Of a DNA stretch of 32,000 nt, positions 8,639-17,156 are shown in pieces. How positions within the stretch are numbered: the stretch's first letter is position 1; each line of letters opens with the position of its first letter. Below the pieces are notes generated by a model. The model made no database searches, was not told the DNA's origin, and saw only the letters and a program-made list of their open reading frames with translations. Source of the DNA: Halalkalibacterium halodurans (GTDB lineage Bacteria; Bacillota; Bacilli; Bacillales; Bacillaceae_D); assembly GCF_004376175.1 (NCBI RefSeq), contig NZ_SNUY01000029.1, forward strand, positions 1 to 32,000, written 5' to 3'. Position numbers and translations under genes: made by a program.

Positions 8639-9303
8639 GTGTTACTCCCCCTTAACGCCCGTTCGATATCAATCCATTGCTGAAAACGATGAATAAACCC
8701 AGAGATCGTTTTTCCTGTGTATCGATGAGCCATCAATGTTGGTATTTCTTTTACGACCGCTCCTCGCAGCAAGAAGTGAAGCAACATCTGCGTTTCAACA
8801 CCAAAGCCTTGAACGTTTTCTTCAAGTAATGAGGGAAGCCAGCGGCGGTGAAATGCTCGCTGTCCAGAAAGAGGCGCGGTGAGAAAAGCACCAGTTCGCT
8901 TGGCAATATATTGTTGTGCCCGTTTTTTCACGAGCCCGAACCCTTTCTTCGATGAATGGGTCGGAAGCATGCCAATGACGAGATCAGCCTCATTCGTTAG
9001 GAGAGGTGGAAGGAGGTGAGCCATTTCTGAAGAAGTGCTCCCAAGGTCCGCATCGAGCATCACAATGTGCGTGCCCTCTGCTCGTTTCCAGCCTTCCATG
9101 AGAGCTTGACCTTTTCCTTGATTAACAGGAAGTGCTACCGTGATATCTGCCAAACGTTCTGCAATTTTTTTCGTGTCATCTGCGCTCCCATCATCAACGA
9201 CGATCACTTCACAATCAAGGGACAAATCACGAATCCCTTGTATCGTTTGCGGAAGATCGCTTGCTTCGTTGTAAGCTGGGATCACCACAGAAATCCTACT
9301 CAC
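8635..9303 (-). CDS. Family 2 glycosyltransferase (polyprenyl-phosphate glycosyltransferase-like)
   Basis: The ORF is 222 aa. It has VVIPAYNE, VVDDGSADDT and the DXD motif LDADL. It overlaps the neighbouring gene at both ends. Confidence 0.8.
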   Translation of the reverse strand: MSRISVVIPAYNEASDLPQTIQGIRDLSLDCEVIVVDDGSADDTKKIAERLADITVALPVNQGKGQALMEGWKRAEGTHIVMLDADLGSTSSEMAHLLPPLLTNEADLVIGMLPTHSSKKGFGLVKKRAQQYIAKRTGAFLTAPLSGQRAFHRRWLPSLLEENVQGFGVETQMLLHFLLRGAVVKEIPTLMAHRYTGKTISGFIHRFQQWIDIERALRGSNT

Positions 9304-9754
9304 TCTCCACCACCTCCTTCATGCGAAGCAACGAAATATAAAACTTAAAATAATCCTCCCGCGTCGTTGGAACTTCCTCAAGGGCAAGAAGGGGTACATC
9401 TTCCTCAAGCTCATACTCTCCTAGGGCGATGAGAATGCCTTTCCGCTCTAACAGCTGCTGCTCTGACAAGAGAGGCTTCGCTTCAACACCCATCTGGCTC
9501 AGCATTTCACCTACCGATTGGAGCTCGTGTGATTCTTCACTCATAAATACGGCAAGTGATGACAACTCCTGGCGCAAAAAATCTTCCCATACTCTCTTTT
9601 CAGCCACGAGTGTACCGTTCTCTTGTCTCAAAGCTTGAACGTGTTGATACATATCGTCTGCCAGCCATGACTTATCCATGCTGATGCCAAGAATCATTCC
9701 AATCATAATGGATAAAAGGGTTGTGACGATTCCTTTAAGTCGCTCTTTTCTCAT
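9296..9754 (-). CDS. Small N-terminally membrane-anchored coiled-coil protein (resembles SteB or the MctB N-terminus)
   Basis: The track ORF 9296-9862 was trimmed to the ATG at 9754, which forms an ATGA overlap with the steA stop. The product is 152 aa, MRKERLKGIVTTLLSIMIGMILGISM..., with a single TM segment followed by a charged helical region. Its position right after steA mirrors the actinobacterial steA-steB/mctB arrangement. Confidence 0.5.
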   Translation of the reverse strand: MRKERLKGIVTTLLSIMIGMILGISMDKSWLADDMYQHVQALRQENGTLVAEKRVWEDFLRQELSSLAVFMSEESHELQSVGEMLSQMGVEAKPLLSEQQLLERKGILIALGEYELEEDVPLLALEEVPTTREDYFKFYISLLRMKEVVESE

Positions 9755-10890
9755 AAAAAGCCTCCCATTACCCAACTCCATAACAAACTGATGACGAAGG
9801 CCACGCGTGGGTGTAATAACAATACACTGCAGGCGCCAACAGGAGCTAACCGCCACATCCATTCACTTCCCATTTCCTGCTGGTGGTGCCGATATAATCG
9901 ATGAATCCCTTTTAAATCTGTAATCCGCTCACCGGCCTGCATGCGGCAGAGCAAGCTCCCCGCCATTCCACTCCTGCCTTTTTCCAGAAACTCTTTATAG
10001 CCGAAACGGCACCCAACTAGATAAAGGTGTTCCGCACCGCTCCAGTACGCCAAATAAACCGCCACATCCTCACTCGTTCCGATGAACGGAAATGTTTCGG
10101 CTGTGAGACCTAACGCTTGTAAACGTTTAAGTCCGGGAGCTCCACCATTAATATATTGATGAACTAATCGCTTTGGAATCGCTCGCAGTGTTTGCTCTGT
10201 CACTGAATCCATATCACCGATGATCATGTTCGGCTTCAAGCCTTGTCTGATCATGCCATCGGCAGCACCGTCGACTGCAATTTTTATTATATTTCTTTTC
10301 GATAATTCCTTTTTAAAAACAGCTAAATCTTGTTCAAAACCGGCATACCTAGCAACAATTAATACTTGCCTGCCTTTGCAAACGTTAAACAGGTCCGGGA
10401 TCATTGGCTTTTCTGTGAAATAAGCGACCTCGTTTTTTGCATAGTCCCATGTATTTTCAAAAAAAGAGGTAAAACGCTCAGCAAAGTCGGCATCTGCTTT
10501 CTGATTAATCTGGGCAATGGTTGCAGCATCGTATTTTTGCAGACGGGCTACTTTTCTATATCCTTTCTCAGAAGCGACAAATAATGAACGTTCCCGCAGC
10601 AACACTTTTTTCCCGTTTAATTCGAGCTCATTATTTGGAGTAAGGACTTCCGCCACATCATAAACCGCAATGCCCTCCTGCAAGAGTTGATAAATAAAAT
10701 CATGCCGGAACGCCCCATTCATCGTGGAGCACAAATTGACGATGGCTTTCACTTGTCTCGCCAATAATCCTTCCACCGCAAGGGAATCGAGATTTTCGTG
10801 TGAAATCACAGCAATCGATCGTTCAGGAAGCGTTTCCAATAGCTTTTTTGTCTTTCGATGCTGATAAGCTGTCCCTTCAATTCGCCCCAT
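9751..10890 (-). CDS. steA: SteA-like putative cytokinetic-ring / cell-separation protein (thiamine pyrophosphokinase-like domain plus C-terminal hydrophobic tail)
   Basis: The ORF is 379 aa. It has a TPK-like motif MIIGDMDS and a hydrophobic C-terminus (APVGACSVLLLHP...LLWSWVMGGFL). Its size and architecture fit SteA-family proteins. Confidence 0.7.
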   Translation of the reverse strand: MGRIEGTAYQHRKTKKLLETLPERSIAVISHENLDSLAVEGLLARQVKAIVNLCSTMNGAFRHDFIYQLLQEGIAVYDVAEVLTPNNELELNGKKVLLRERSLFVASEKGYRKVARLQKYDAATIAQINQKADADFAERFTSFFENTWDYAKNEVAYFTEKPMIPDLFNVCKGRQVLIVARYAGFEQDLAVFKKELSKRNIIKIAVDGAADGMIRQGLKPNMIIGDMDSVTEQTLRAIPKRLVHQYINGGAPGLKRLQALGLTAETFPFIGTSEDVAVYLAYWSGAEHLYLVGCRFGYKEFLEKGRSGMAGSLLCRMQAGERITDLKGIHRLYRHHQQEMGSEWMWRLAPVGACSVLLLHPRVAFVISLLWSWVMGGFL

Positions 10891-11018
10891 GTCTTTCCCT
10901 ACTTTCTTCTGTATGCACCAGTCATAGTATGATTCGAAACGAATCGTTTTAGCAGCTTCACTTTTAGGAAAACATATCCATCACTTTCTTAAGTTATCAT
11001 GACGAATGCAATCAAATA

Positions 11019-11046
11019 GGCCAAGAGCTTAAAAAGACTCTTGGCC
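11019..11046 (-). terminator. Rho-independent terminator-like hairpin
   Basis: ggccaagag (11019-11027) pairs with ctcttggcc (11038-11046) in a 9-bp perfect stem. On the minus strand it is followed by TATTTGATT. Confidence 0.5.
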
Positions 11047-11100
11047 GGATAATGGGCACGGTTAGACAGGAAAAAATTTTTTTCGATGGAACCGGGTCGG

Positions 11101-11334
11101 TTAATAGCCGACAAAACCAACAGAGTCAGCTTCCTCTTCTGTGTCCCACGCCTGGTTTTTCTTTTTCTTATTGTCTGCCTGAAGATTGAGATAGATGGAC
11201 TCTAAATCTACATGTTTTTCATAGTGCCACTGCAAAGCAACTGAAGTGTAGAGTTCATTAAGCTGAGCATATGAAAACCCTTTTGTCCACTCAACCAATG
11301 TTTTTACTTCGTCTTCTTTTTCAAATCTATATTT
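11101..11334 (-). pseudogene. 3' remnant of an AAA+ ATPase gene (lid-domain region only)
   Basis: The stop-to-stop frame encodes ...KYRFEKEDEVKTLVEWTKGFSYAQLNELYTSVAL.... This resembles the T-x-GFSGADL-x-x-L lid segment of AAA ATPases. There is no Walker region, no ATG and no RBS, and the frame starts immediately after the spo0A terminator. Confidence 0.35.
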
Positions 11335-11346
11335 CAGAACGAAACA

Positions 11347-11381
11347 AACCCAACAAATCTAAAGATAAGATTTATTGGGTT
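11347..11381 (-). terminator. Terminator hairpin downstream of spo0A
   Basis: aacccaacaaatct (11347-11360) pairs with agatttattgggtt (11368-11381) at 13 of 14 positions. On the minus strand it is followed by TGTTTCGTT. Confidence 0.5.
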
Positions 11382-11441
11382 CGTTATGCTGATTTGAAAG
11401 CAGGTTTTTTTCTAACATGAAAAAACCTACCTCTTTCCCTT

Positions 11442-12245
11442 TCAGCTTACTTTGTGCTCAATTCGCAGCTTATCGGCTACCATGGCGATAAACTCTGAGT
11501 TTGTTGGCTTGGCTTTAGAGACGCTGACTGTGTAGCCGAACAAATTGGAGATGGAATCAATGTTCCCACGACTCCATGCTACTTCAATCGCGTGACGGAT
11601 GGCGCGCTCCACGCGGCTTGATGTCGTGTTAAATTTCTTGGCGATGTCAGGGTATAGTACCTTTGTAATCGATCCGAGCAATTCAATGTCATTATACACC
11701 ATCGTAATCGCTTCACGGAGATACATGTAACCTTTAATGTGAGCTGGGACCCCAATTTCGTGAATGATGTTCGTAATGCTCGCATCTAAATTAAAGACGT
11801 TTGCTTCAGGCTTCTTCGGTTGTGCAAATGAAGAGTGGTTAGATGCAGTATTTTGCACAAACGAACGTTTTTGACCGCTAACTTCACGGATGTTATTAAT
11901 TAAAATCTCCATATCAAAAGGCTTTAATACGTAGTAAGAGGCTCCTAAATCAACCGCTTTTTTCGTGACATCTTCTTGACCAAAGGCTGTTAGCATAATG
12001 ATGTTCGGCTTCGTTTGCAAGTTCATGTACGGGAGTTTTTCAAGTACAGCCAAACCGTCCAAATGAGGCATAATAATGTCCAAAATTAAAACATCTGGCT
12101 GTCTTTCCTCCACAATCGATAAACATTCTTGACCGTTAAAAGCAACGCCTACCACTTCCATATCGTCTTGGGCAGACACATAGTCATTCAGTAAGTTCAC
12201 AAGTTCGCGATTATCGTCAGCAATACATACTTTCACCTTTTGCAC
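11442..12245 (-). CDS. spo0A: Sporulation master response regulator Spo0A
   Basis: The track ORF was trimmed to the GTG at 12245, which lies 8 nt after GGAGGG. This gives 267 aa, the length I recall for B. subtilis Spo0A. The sequence is near-identical over [25 protein letters not shown], and the DNA-binding region [12 protein letters not shown]...[19 protein letters not shown]. Confidence 0.96.
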   Translation of the reverse strand: MQKVKVCIADDNRELVNLLNDYVSAQDDMEVVGVAFNGQECLSIVEERQPDVLILDIIMPHLDGLAVLEKLPYMNLQTKPNIIMLTAFGQEDVTKKAVDLGASYYVLKPFDMEILINNIREVSGQKRSFVQNTASNHSSFAQPKKPEANVFNLDASITNIIHEIGVPAHIKGYMYLREAITMVYNDIELLGSITKVLYPDIAKKFNTTSSRVERAIRHAIEVAWSRGNIDSISNLFGYTVSVSKAKPTNSEFIAMVADKLRIEHKVS

Positions 12246-12290
12246 GAGAACAACCCTCCAGTTACTAAGATACTTCCTTGTCATAAACTT

Positions 12291-12429
12291 TTCGACATTC
12301 GACCTAGAATCCCTCTTCAAATTTTAAAAAAATTAAAAAATCCCATAATTTCTTTTATTTCCTTCGTTTTACTCTTGTTTTCGATATGATTCGCCATTTG
12401 ACTACAAAGAATTTATTCCTTTTGTCGAA
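12291..12429 (-). promoter_or_regulatory. spo0A upstream control region with three 0A-box-like heptamers
   Basis: There are three matches to TGNCGAA: TGTCGAA (minus strand, 12297-12291), TGGCGAA (minus strand, 12396-12390) and TGTCGAA (plus strand, 12423-12429). I could not place a sigma-H or sigma-A hexamer pair with correct spacing. Confidence 0.35.
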
Positions 12430-12496
12430 TTTTCTTTATCCTTATCATAGCACACTTTCTCTTCTTCGTTCATCCTTTTCTTTTTGCAGAAATGGG

Positions 12497-12531
12497 AAAA
12501 AGCCAAAGGAGGTCAACTCGCTTTGGCTTTT
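12497..12531 (-). terminator. Rho-independent terminator overlapping the spoIVB stop codon
   Basis: On the minus strand AAAAGCCAAAG pairs with CTTTGGCTTTT. The 12-nt loop contains the TGA stop, and TCCCATTT follows the stem. Confidence 0.55.
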
Positions 12532-13826
12532 GATTGATCGAAGGTAATACCTGCCTCTTCAAGCATCCAACTTATATGACATCCGTAACCGCTAGTGGGA
12601 TCGTTTACAAACACATGAGTCACTGCACCAACAAGCTTTCCGTCTTGAATAATCGGACTTCCACTCATCCCCTGAACAATTCCACCTGTTGTGTTTAGCA
12701 ATTTTGGATCTGTCACTTTGATGACAAGTCCTTTTGTTGCCGGTTGCTTTTGTGGAACCGAGCTGACAATCTCAATATCAAATTCTTCAACTTTTTCTCC
12801 TTCAACAACGGTTAAAATTTTGGCGGGGCCTTCCTTCACATGGTTTGATAATGTCACCGGAAGTGCTTCATCTGACACATGATTTTTTAAATCCTTTTCG
12901 GTTAGCGTTCCAAAAATTCCGAATGAACTATTTTTCTCAATTGTCCCTAATGTGTTACGTTGGTTTGAAAAACTCGCTAACTTTTCACCTGGGTCTCCAT
13001 TGCTCCCTTTGTCAATAGACGTAACAGATGAGCGAATAATTTGACCGTCGTGAACAACGATCGGCTTTTTTGTATCCACATCAGATATCACATGCCCGAG
13101 AGCACCATATTTTTTCGATACTGGGTCATAGAACGTTAGTGTGCCAACACCTGCAGCTGAATCTCGAATGTACAATCCCATGCGAAAGGTGGATTCTCCT
13201 TTATTTTTCAAAGGTGACAACTCACGTACAAGGGTTTGATCCCCTCGACGAATTTCCACTTTTAATGGCTTCTTGCCTTCTCCCGCTGCTTGGACCACAT
13301 CTCCCACTTCATCCATGTGCTGAATTTCTTTATCATTCAGTTTGGTAATTCTGTCACCTACACGGATACCTGCCAGTTCCCCAGGTGATTTCTCACCGTT
13401 TTCTGAATGGATGAGATGATGACCAACAACAAGGACACCATCTGTATTCACTTTTACACCGATCGACTGTCCGCCAGGAACGACTTTCATTTTCGGAAGC
13501 GTATCAATGCTCAGCTTTTTGATTGGAATGCCTGCTACTTCTATTGTGGCTTCATCTGTACCTTCTTCTACTCCTGTAACGGTTTGCTTCGTGTAACCAT
13601 CATCTGTTGGCATAGCTTCAAATGCCACTTTCGATTCTTTCGTAGACACTGTTATTGCTTGACTTAACATGCTGGAGGTTTCCAGCCATTCGAGTTGTTC
13701 TCCCTCAAAGATCGTTAATGATGTTGGTGACATCAGTAAGTCTTTCACGGACGGAGAAAAACCGATCATCATCATCGTGACAAGGAGACAGCCTCCTACC
13801 ACCATTCGAATCGTTTCGCCTCTCAC
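12513..13826 (-). CDS. spoIVB: SpoIVB signalling serine peptidase (PDZ plus S55 peptidase domain)
   Basis: The sequence has a PDZ segment ([16 protein letters not shown]), the catalytic region YGALGH, and the serine motif GMSGSPII. The start is ambiguous. I chose the GTG at 13826, 10 nt after AGGAG. The ATG at 13805 and the track start at 13859 are alternatives. Confidence 0.9.
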   Translation of the reverse strand: MRGETIRMVVGGCLLVTMMMIGFSPSVKDLLMSPTSLTIFEGEQLEWLETSSMLSQAITVSTKESKVAFEAMPTDDGYTKQTVTGVEEGTDEATIEVAGIPIKKLSIDTLPKMKVVPGGQSIGVKVNTDGVLVVGHHLIHSENGEKSPGELAGIRVGDRITKLNDKEIQHMDEVGDVVQAAGEGKKPLKVEIRRGDQTLVRELSPLKNKGESTFRMGLYIRDSAAGVGTLTFYDPVSKKYGALGHVISDVDTKKPIVVHDGQIIRSSVTSIDKGSNGDPGEKLASFSNQRNTLGTIEKNSSFGIFGTLTEKDLKNHVSDEALPVTLSNHVKEGPAKILTVVEGEKVEEFDIEIVSSVPQKQPATKGLVIKVTDPKLLNTTGGIVQGMSGSPIIQDGKLVGAVTHVFVNDPTSGYGCHISWMLEEAGITFDQSKAKAS

Positions 13827-13881
13827 TTCCTTCACTCTCCTAGCTCCTAGCCCACACACCCGATTGGTTTGGCTCTATATC

Positions 13882-13911
13882 TAATGTTGCCTTTCGAGCT
13901 CACGTTTATAA
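13882..13911 (-). promoter_or_regulatory. Candidate forespore (sigma-F/sigma-G type) promoter of spoIVB
   Basis: The minus strand reads TTATA-N15-GGCAACATTA, against the sigma-F-type pattern GYATA-N15-GGnnAnAhTr as I recall it. There is one mismatch in the -35. Confidence 0.3.
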
Positions 13912-13924
13912 CTGTTTCGGGATG

Positions 13925-13954
13925 AAAAAAGCTAACCTTTATTGGTTAGCTTTT
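13925..13954 (-). terminator. Rho-independent terminator of recN
   Basis: On the minus strand AAAAGCTAACC-aataaa-GGTTAGCTTTT is followed by TTCATC, directly after the TGA. Confidence 0.6.
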
Positions 13955-15651
13955 CAATGGTTACATTTGATGCTTGTCGCTAGGTCCAGAAGCTCCTTTG
14001 CGTGCTCCTTTGTCAGCTCTGTCATTTCAACGCCAGCGATCATTCGCGCGATCTCTTCCACCTTTTCTTCATCCTTAAGTGCTCGCACTTCGGTCGTCAC
14101 CCTACCCCCTACTTCCTTTTTTGAAATGTAGAGGTGCGTATCTGCCATGGCAGCCACTTGCGGTAAATGAGAAATGCATAAAACTTGCGAGCCGACGGAA
14201 ATGTGGCGAATTTTTTCCGCTATTGCTTGCGCCACACGTCCGCTTACTCCTGTATCCACTTCATCGAAAATAACGGACGTGACGCCTTGATGATTGGAGA
14301 AGATTGTCTTTAATGCGAGCATAATCCGTGAAATCTCGCCACCTGAAGCGACTTTGGCTAACGGCTTGACTGGTTCCCCTGGATTGGTGGATAAATAAAA
14401 TTCTACATCATCTACGCCATTTTCACGAAAGGGCTTCTTCCCTTCTGCTGTTTCATGAAATTTTACTTCGAAGGACGTTTTCTCCATGTAAAGAGCGCGC
14501 AACTGCTCATGAATTGACTCGGTTAGCTCCATTGCTATCTGCTTACGAATGTTTGTTAAGGCAGCACTTTCCACTTCTAAATCGAGTCGCATCGTTTCCA
14601 ATGACTGCTCTAATTGTTTGATGCGGTCATCTTTATGTAAAATCGAATCAAGCTGTTCCTCAATGGTTGATGCGTATTCCACGATTGCGTCGACTGAATC
14701 ACCATATTTACGTTTCAGCTTCTGCAGTTCATGAAGTCTGCTTTCAATCATTTCAAGTCGTGTAGGATCAAACTCAAGCTTGTCCAAATAGTCACGGAGT
14801 GTGAACATCGCCTCTTCAAGTAAATAATACTGCTCCTGTACGTGTTGTTGAAGCTTACCTAATTCTGGGTCGTAGCTCGAAGCGTCTTCAATATGAGTGA
14901 GGGCATTGTTGATCCATTCAAGTCCTCGCCCTTCTCCATATAAATTATTGTATGCATCATGTACAGACTTAAACAGCTTTTCTGCATTTGCCAGCTTTAA
15001 TCGTTCAGCTTCAAGTCGTTTATCTTCACCTGGTTCAAGGTTTGCGGCTTCAATTTCTTTTAACTGGTATTGAAATAAATCTGTTTTTTGCGCCATCTCT
15101 TTTTCATTTTCCGTCAATTGAGCGAGTTGTCTTTCCAGCGCTAAGTATTGCTTATACAATTCCTTATACTCATCCAACACAGTCTCTAATGGATGGCCCG
15201 CAAAATGATCGAGTAGTGAGAGATGCTGCTCTTTATGAAGCAATGTTTGATGCTCATGTTGTCCATGGATATCCACAAGGCTTTGACCAATTTCTCTCAA
15301 GATTCCGAGCGTGACCAACTTTCCATTAATCCGGCAAATGCTCTTTCCTTGATTTGTCACATCTCTTCTTAAAACGATCATCCCATCATCCGCTTGTATT
15401 CCGAGGGCCTCCGCTTTCGCAAAAGCAGGATGCTTCGGCTCCAATATAAAAAGGCCTTCAATCTCTGCTCGTTTTTCGCCATAGCGGACATACTCCGCTG
15501 ATCCTCGGCCTCCTAGCAGCAGACCAATCGCATCAATGATAATTGATTTTCCAGCACCCGTTTCCCCTGTCAATACGGTTAAACCTTTATCAAAAGAGAC
15601 TGTTAATTGTTCAATGATCGCAAATTGTTTGATGGATAACTCAACGAGCAT
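13954..15651 (-). CDS. recN: DNA repair protein RecN (SMC-like ATPase)
   Basis: The ORF is 565 aa. It has Walker A GETGAGKS, long coiled-coil middle regions, a C-terminal ABC signature (ASGGEISR) and Walker B (VIFDEVDTG). Confidence 0.95.
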   Translation of the reverse strand: MLVELSIKQFAIIEQLTVSFDKGLTVLTGETGAGKSIIIDAIGLLLGGRGSAEYVRYGEKRAEIEGLFILEPKHPAFAKAEALGIQADDGMIVLRRDVTNQGKSICRINGKLVTLGILREIGQSLVDIHGQHEHQTLLHKEQHLSLLDHFAGHPLETVLDEYKELYKQYLALERQLAQLTENEKEMAQKTDLFQYQLKEIEAANLEPGEDKRLEAERLKLANAEKLFKSVHDAYNNLYGEGRGLEWINNALTHIEDASSYDPELGKLQQHVQEQYYLLEEAMFTLRDYLDKLEFDPTRLEMIESRLHELQKLKRKYGDSVDAIVEYASTIEEQLDSILHKDDRIKQLEQSLETMRLDLEVESAALTNIRKQIAMELTESIHEQLRALYMEKTSFEVKFHETAEGKKPFRENGVDDVEFYLSTNPGEPVKPLAKVASGGEISRIMLALKTIFSNHQGVTSVIFDEVDTGVSGRVAQAIAEKIRHISVGSQVLCISHLPQVAAMADTHLYISKKEVGGRVTTEVRALKDEEKVEEIARMIAGVEMTELTKEHAKELLDLATSIKCNH

Positions 15652-15681
15652 CGCTCATTCACACCTTTACTATAGGTTAAC

Positions 15682-16131
15682 CTATAACATGTTTAAAAAT
15701 CGCTCGGTCACTACAGGTCCATCTTGCTTGTCTTTACATATGATCAGGATCGTATCATCACCACAAATGGTTCCCATAATTTCAGTCCAATCAAGGTTAT
15801 CAATGAGCGCACCAATGGCATGGGCATTCCCTGGCAATGTTTTCATCACAATTAAATTATCCGTTCGGTCGATGCTAACAAAAGAGTCCACAAGACCACG
15901 TTTGAGCTTTTGTAACGGATTAAAACGTTGGTCAGCTGGTAAACTATATTTATATCGCCCATCCATCATTGGTACTTTGACAAGATGCAGCTCTTTTATG
16001 TCACGAGAAACTGTTGCTTGGGTGACATTGTAACCAGCCGCCTTTAACTGTTCTACAAGCTCATCTTGCGTTTCAACATCGTTATTTGCAATGATCTCTC
16101 TAATTTTAATATGTCGCTGTCCTTTATTCAT
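15682..16131 (-). CDS. argR: Arginine repressor
   Basis: The ORF was trimmed to [14 protein letters not shown]..., giving 149 aa, the length I recall for B. subtilis AhrC. The sequence is conserved over [19 protein letters not shown] and [12 protein letters not shown]. Confidence 0.95.
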   Translation of the reverse strand: MNKGQRHIKIREIIANNDVETQDELVEQLKAAGYNVTQATVSRDIKELHLVKVPMMDGRYKYSLPADQRFNPLQKLKRGLVDSFVSIDRTDNLIVMKTLPGNAHAIGALIDNLDWTEIMGTICGDDTILIICKDKQDGPVVTERFLNML

Positions 16132-16164
16132 GATTACCACCTGTTTTCTAGAGTCAATACCTTT

Positions 16165-16193
16165 ATTATCTACATAATTTGTTAGGAAAACAA
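16165..16193 (-). promoter_or_regulatory. Candidate sigma-A promoter for argR-recN
   Basis: The minus strand reads TTGTTT (16193-16188), a 17-nt spacer, then GATAAT (16170-16165). Confidence 0.3.
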
Positions 16194-16278
16194 CCGATGA
16201 TGACTGACTGTAGGCGCACTCGGAAAGTCGCCTCGTGTTTGACGCTTTGCGCTAGACATCTCTGTTTCTATATTTATA

Positions 16279-16304
16279 GAAAAACTTGGCATAGTGGCCA
16301 AGCT
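16279..16304 (-). terminator. Rho-independent terminator after the TlyA-like methyltransferase gene
   Basis: On the minus strand CTTGGC-cactat-GCCAAG is followed by TTTTTC. Confidence 0.6.
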
Positions 16305-16330
16305 TCCTTGTTGCTTTTTTCTCGATCGTT

Positions 16331-17149
16331 TTACCCTTTTTTCAACTCTAAATGGGCCCGTTCAACAGTGTCTCGAATCATTTCTTGGGAAATAAAGGAT
16401 TCTTTATCCTTTCGCCACATCAGGTGAAGAAGAAACTCAATATTTCCTTCTCCTCCCGTTATAGGTGAAAAGTCAAGTCCTCCTACGGCATAACCTTCTT
16501 TTAAAGCAAATTCAACGATTGTGCTTAACACTTTTTGATGAACGCTTTTATCACGGACGATCCCCTTTTTCCCCACTTCCTCTCGACCTGCTTCAAATTG
16601 TGGCTTCACTAAAGCTACGACGTCGCTATTCTCAAGAAGCATCGTTTTTAAAACAGGTAAAATGAGTTTAAGCGAAATAAAGGATACATCAATGGTCGCC
16701 ATATTTGGCAGTCCACGTTCTAATACCTCTGGCTTCAAATAACGAAAATTCGTCCGTTCCATTACAACGACTCGCTCGTCTTGGCGAAGCTTCCATGCTA
16801 ATTGATTGTAGCCTACATCGACCGCATACACGAAGGTCGCCCCATTTTGCAAGGCGCAATCTGTAAACCCTCCTGTAGAAGCACCGATATCTAAGACAGC
16901 TCTGTCGGTTAAATGGAGGTCAAATGCACGGATGGCTTTTTCTAGTTTTAAACCGCCTCTGCTGACATAAGGAAGCACCTCTCCCTTGACGGAAAGAGGT
17001 GTATCACGATCCACCTTTAACCCAGGTTTATCGACTCGTTCATGTCCTGAGAAAACGAGACCAGCCATAATCGACCGTTTGGCTTTTTCCCTCGTTTCCA
17101 TCAGGCCACGCTCCACGAGCAATACATCTACACGTTCTTTTTTACTCAT
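16331..17149 (-). CDS. yqxC: TlyA-family rRNA 2'-O-methyltransferase (S4 domain plus FtsJ-like domain)
   Basis: The ORF is 272 aa. It has an S4-like N-terminus (RVDVLLVERGL) and the SAM-binding motif LDIGASTGGFTDC. It lies between dxs and argR as in B. subtilis. Confidence 0.88.
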   Translation of the reverse strand: MSKKERVDVLLVERGLMETREKAKRSIMAGLVFSGHERVDKPGLKVDRDTPLSVKGEVLPYVSRGGLKLEKAIRAFDLHLTDRAVLDIGASTGGFTDCALQNGATFVYAVDVGYNQLAWKLRQDERVVVMERTNFRYLKPEVLERGLPNMATIDVSFISLKLILPVLKTMLLENSDVVALVKPQFEAGREEVGKKGIVRDKSVHQKVLSTIVEFALKEGYAVGGLDFSPITGGEGNIEFLLHLMWRKDKESFISQEMIRDTVERAHLELKKG

Positions 17150-17156
17150 CTTAGCC

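Noticed and set aside
11442-12320. N-terminally extended versions of real genes in the ORF track: spo0A to 12320, bkdAB to 1590, argR to 16140, folD to 23741, the steB-like gene to 9862 and spoIVB to 13859.
   Set aside because: Internal starts with properly spaced RBSs reproduce the conserved N-termini, and the B. subtilis protein lengths where I recall them. The extensions overlap upstream genes or intergenic DNA.
12390-12425. A possible sigma-H promoter for spo0A (AAAGGAAT ... GGCGAAT on the minus strand).
   Set aside because: The spacing between the AGGA-type -35 and the GAAT -10 is ~19 nt, not the 11-12 nt the consensus requires.
16266-16281. An AT-rich 16-bp palindrome, TTCTATA-TT-TATAGAA, upstream of argR, considered as an ARG box or AhrC operator.
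   Set aside because: It does not match the TGAAT-N4-ATTCA core of ARG boxes. It directly abuts the U-tract of the yqxC terminator and is probably just AT-rich terminator flank.
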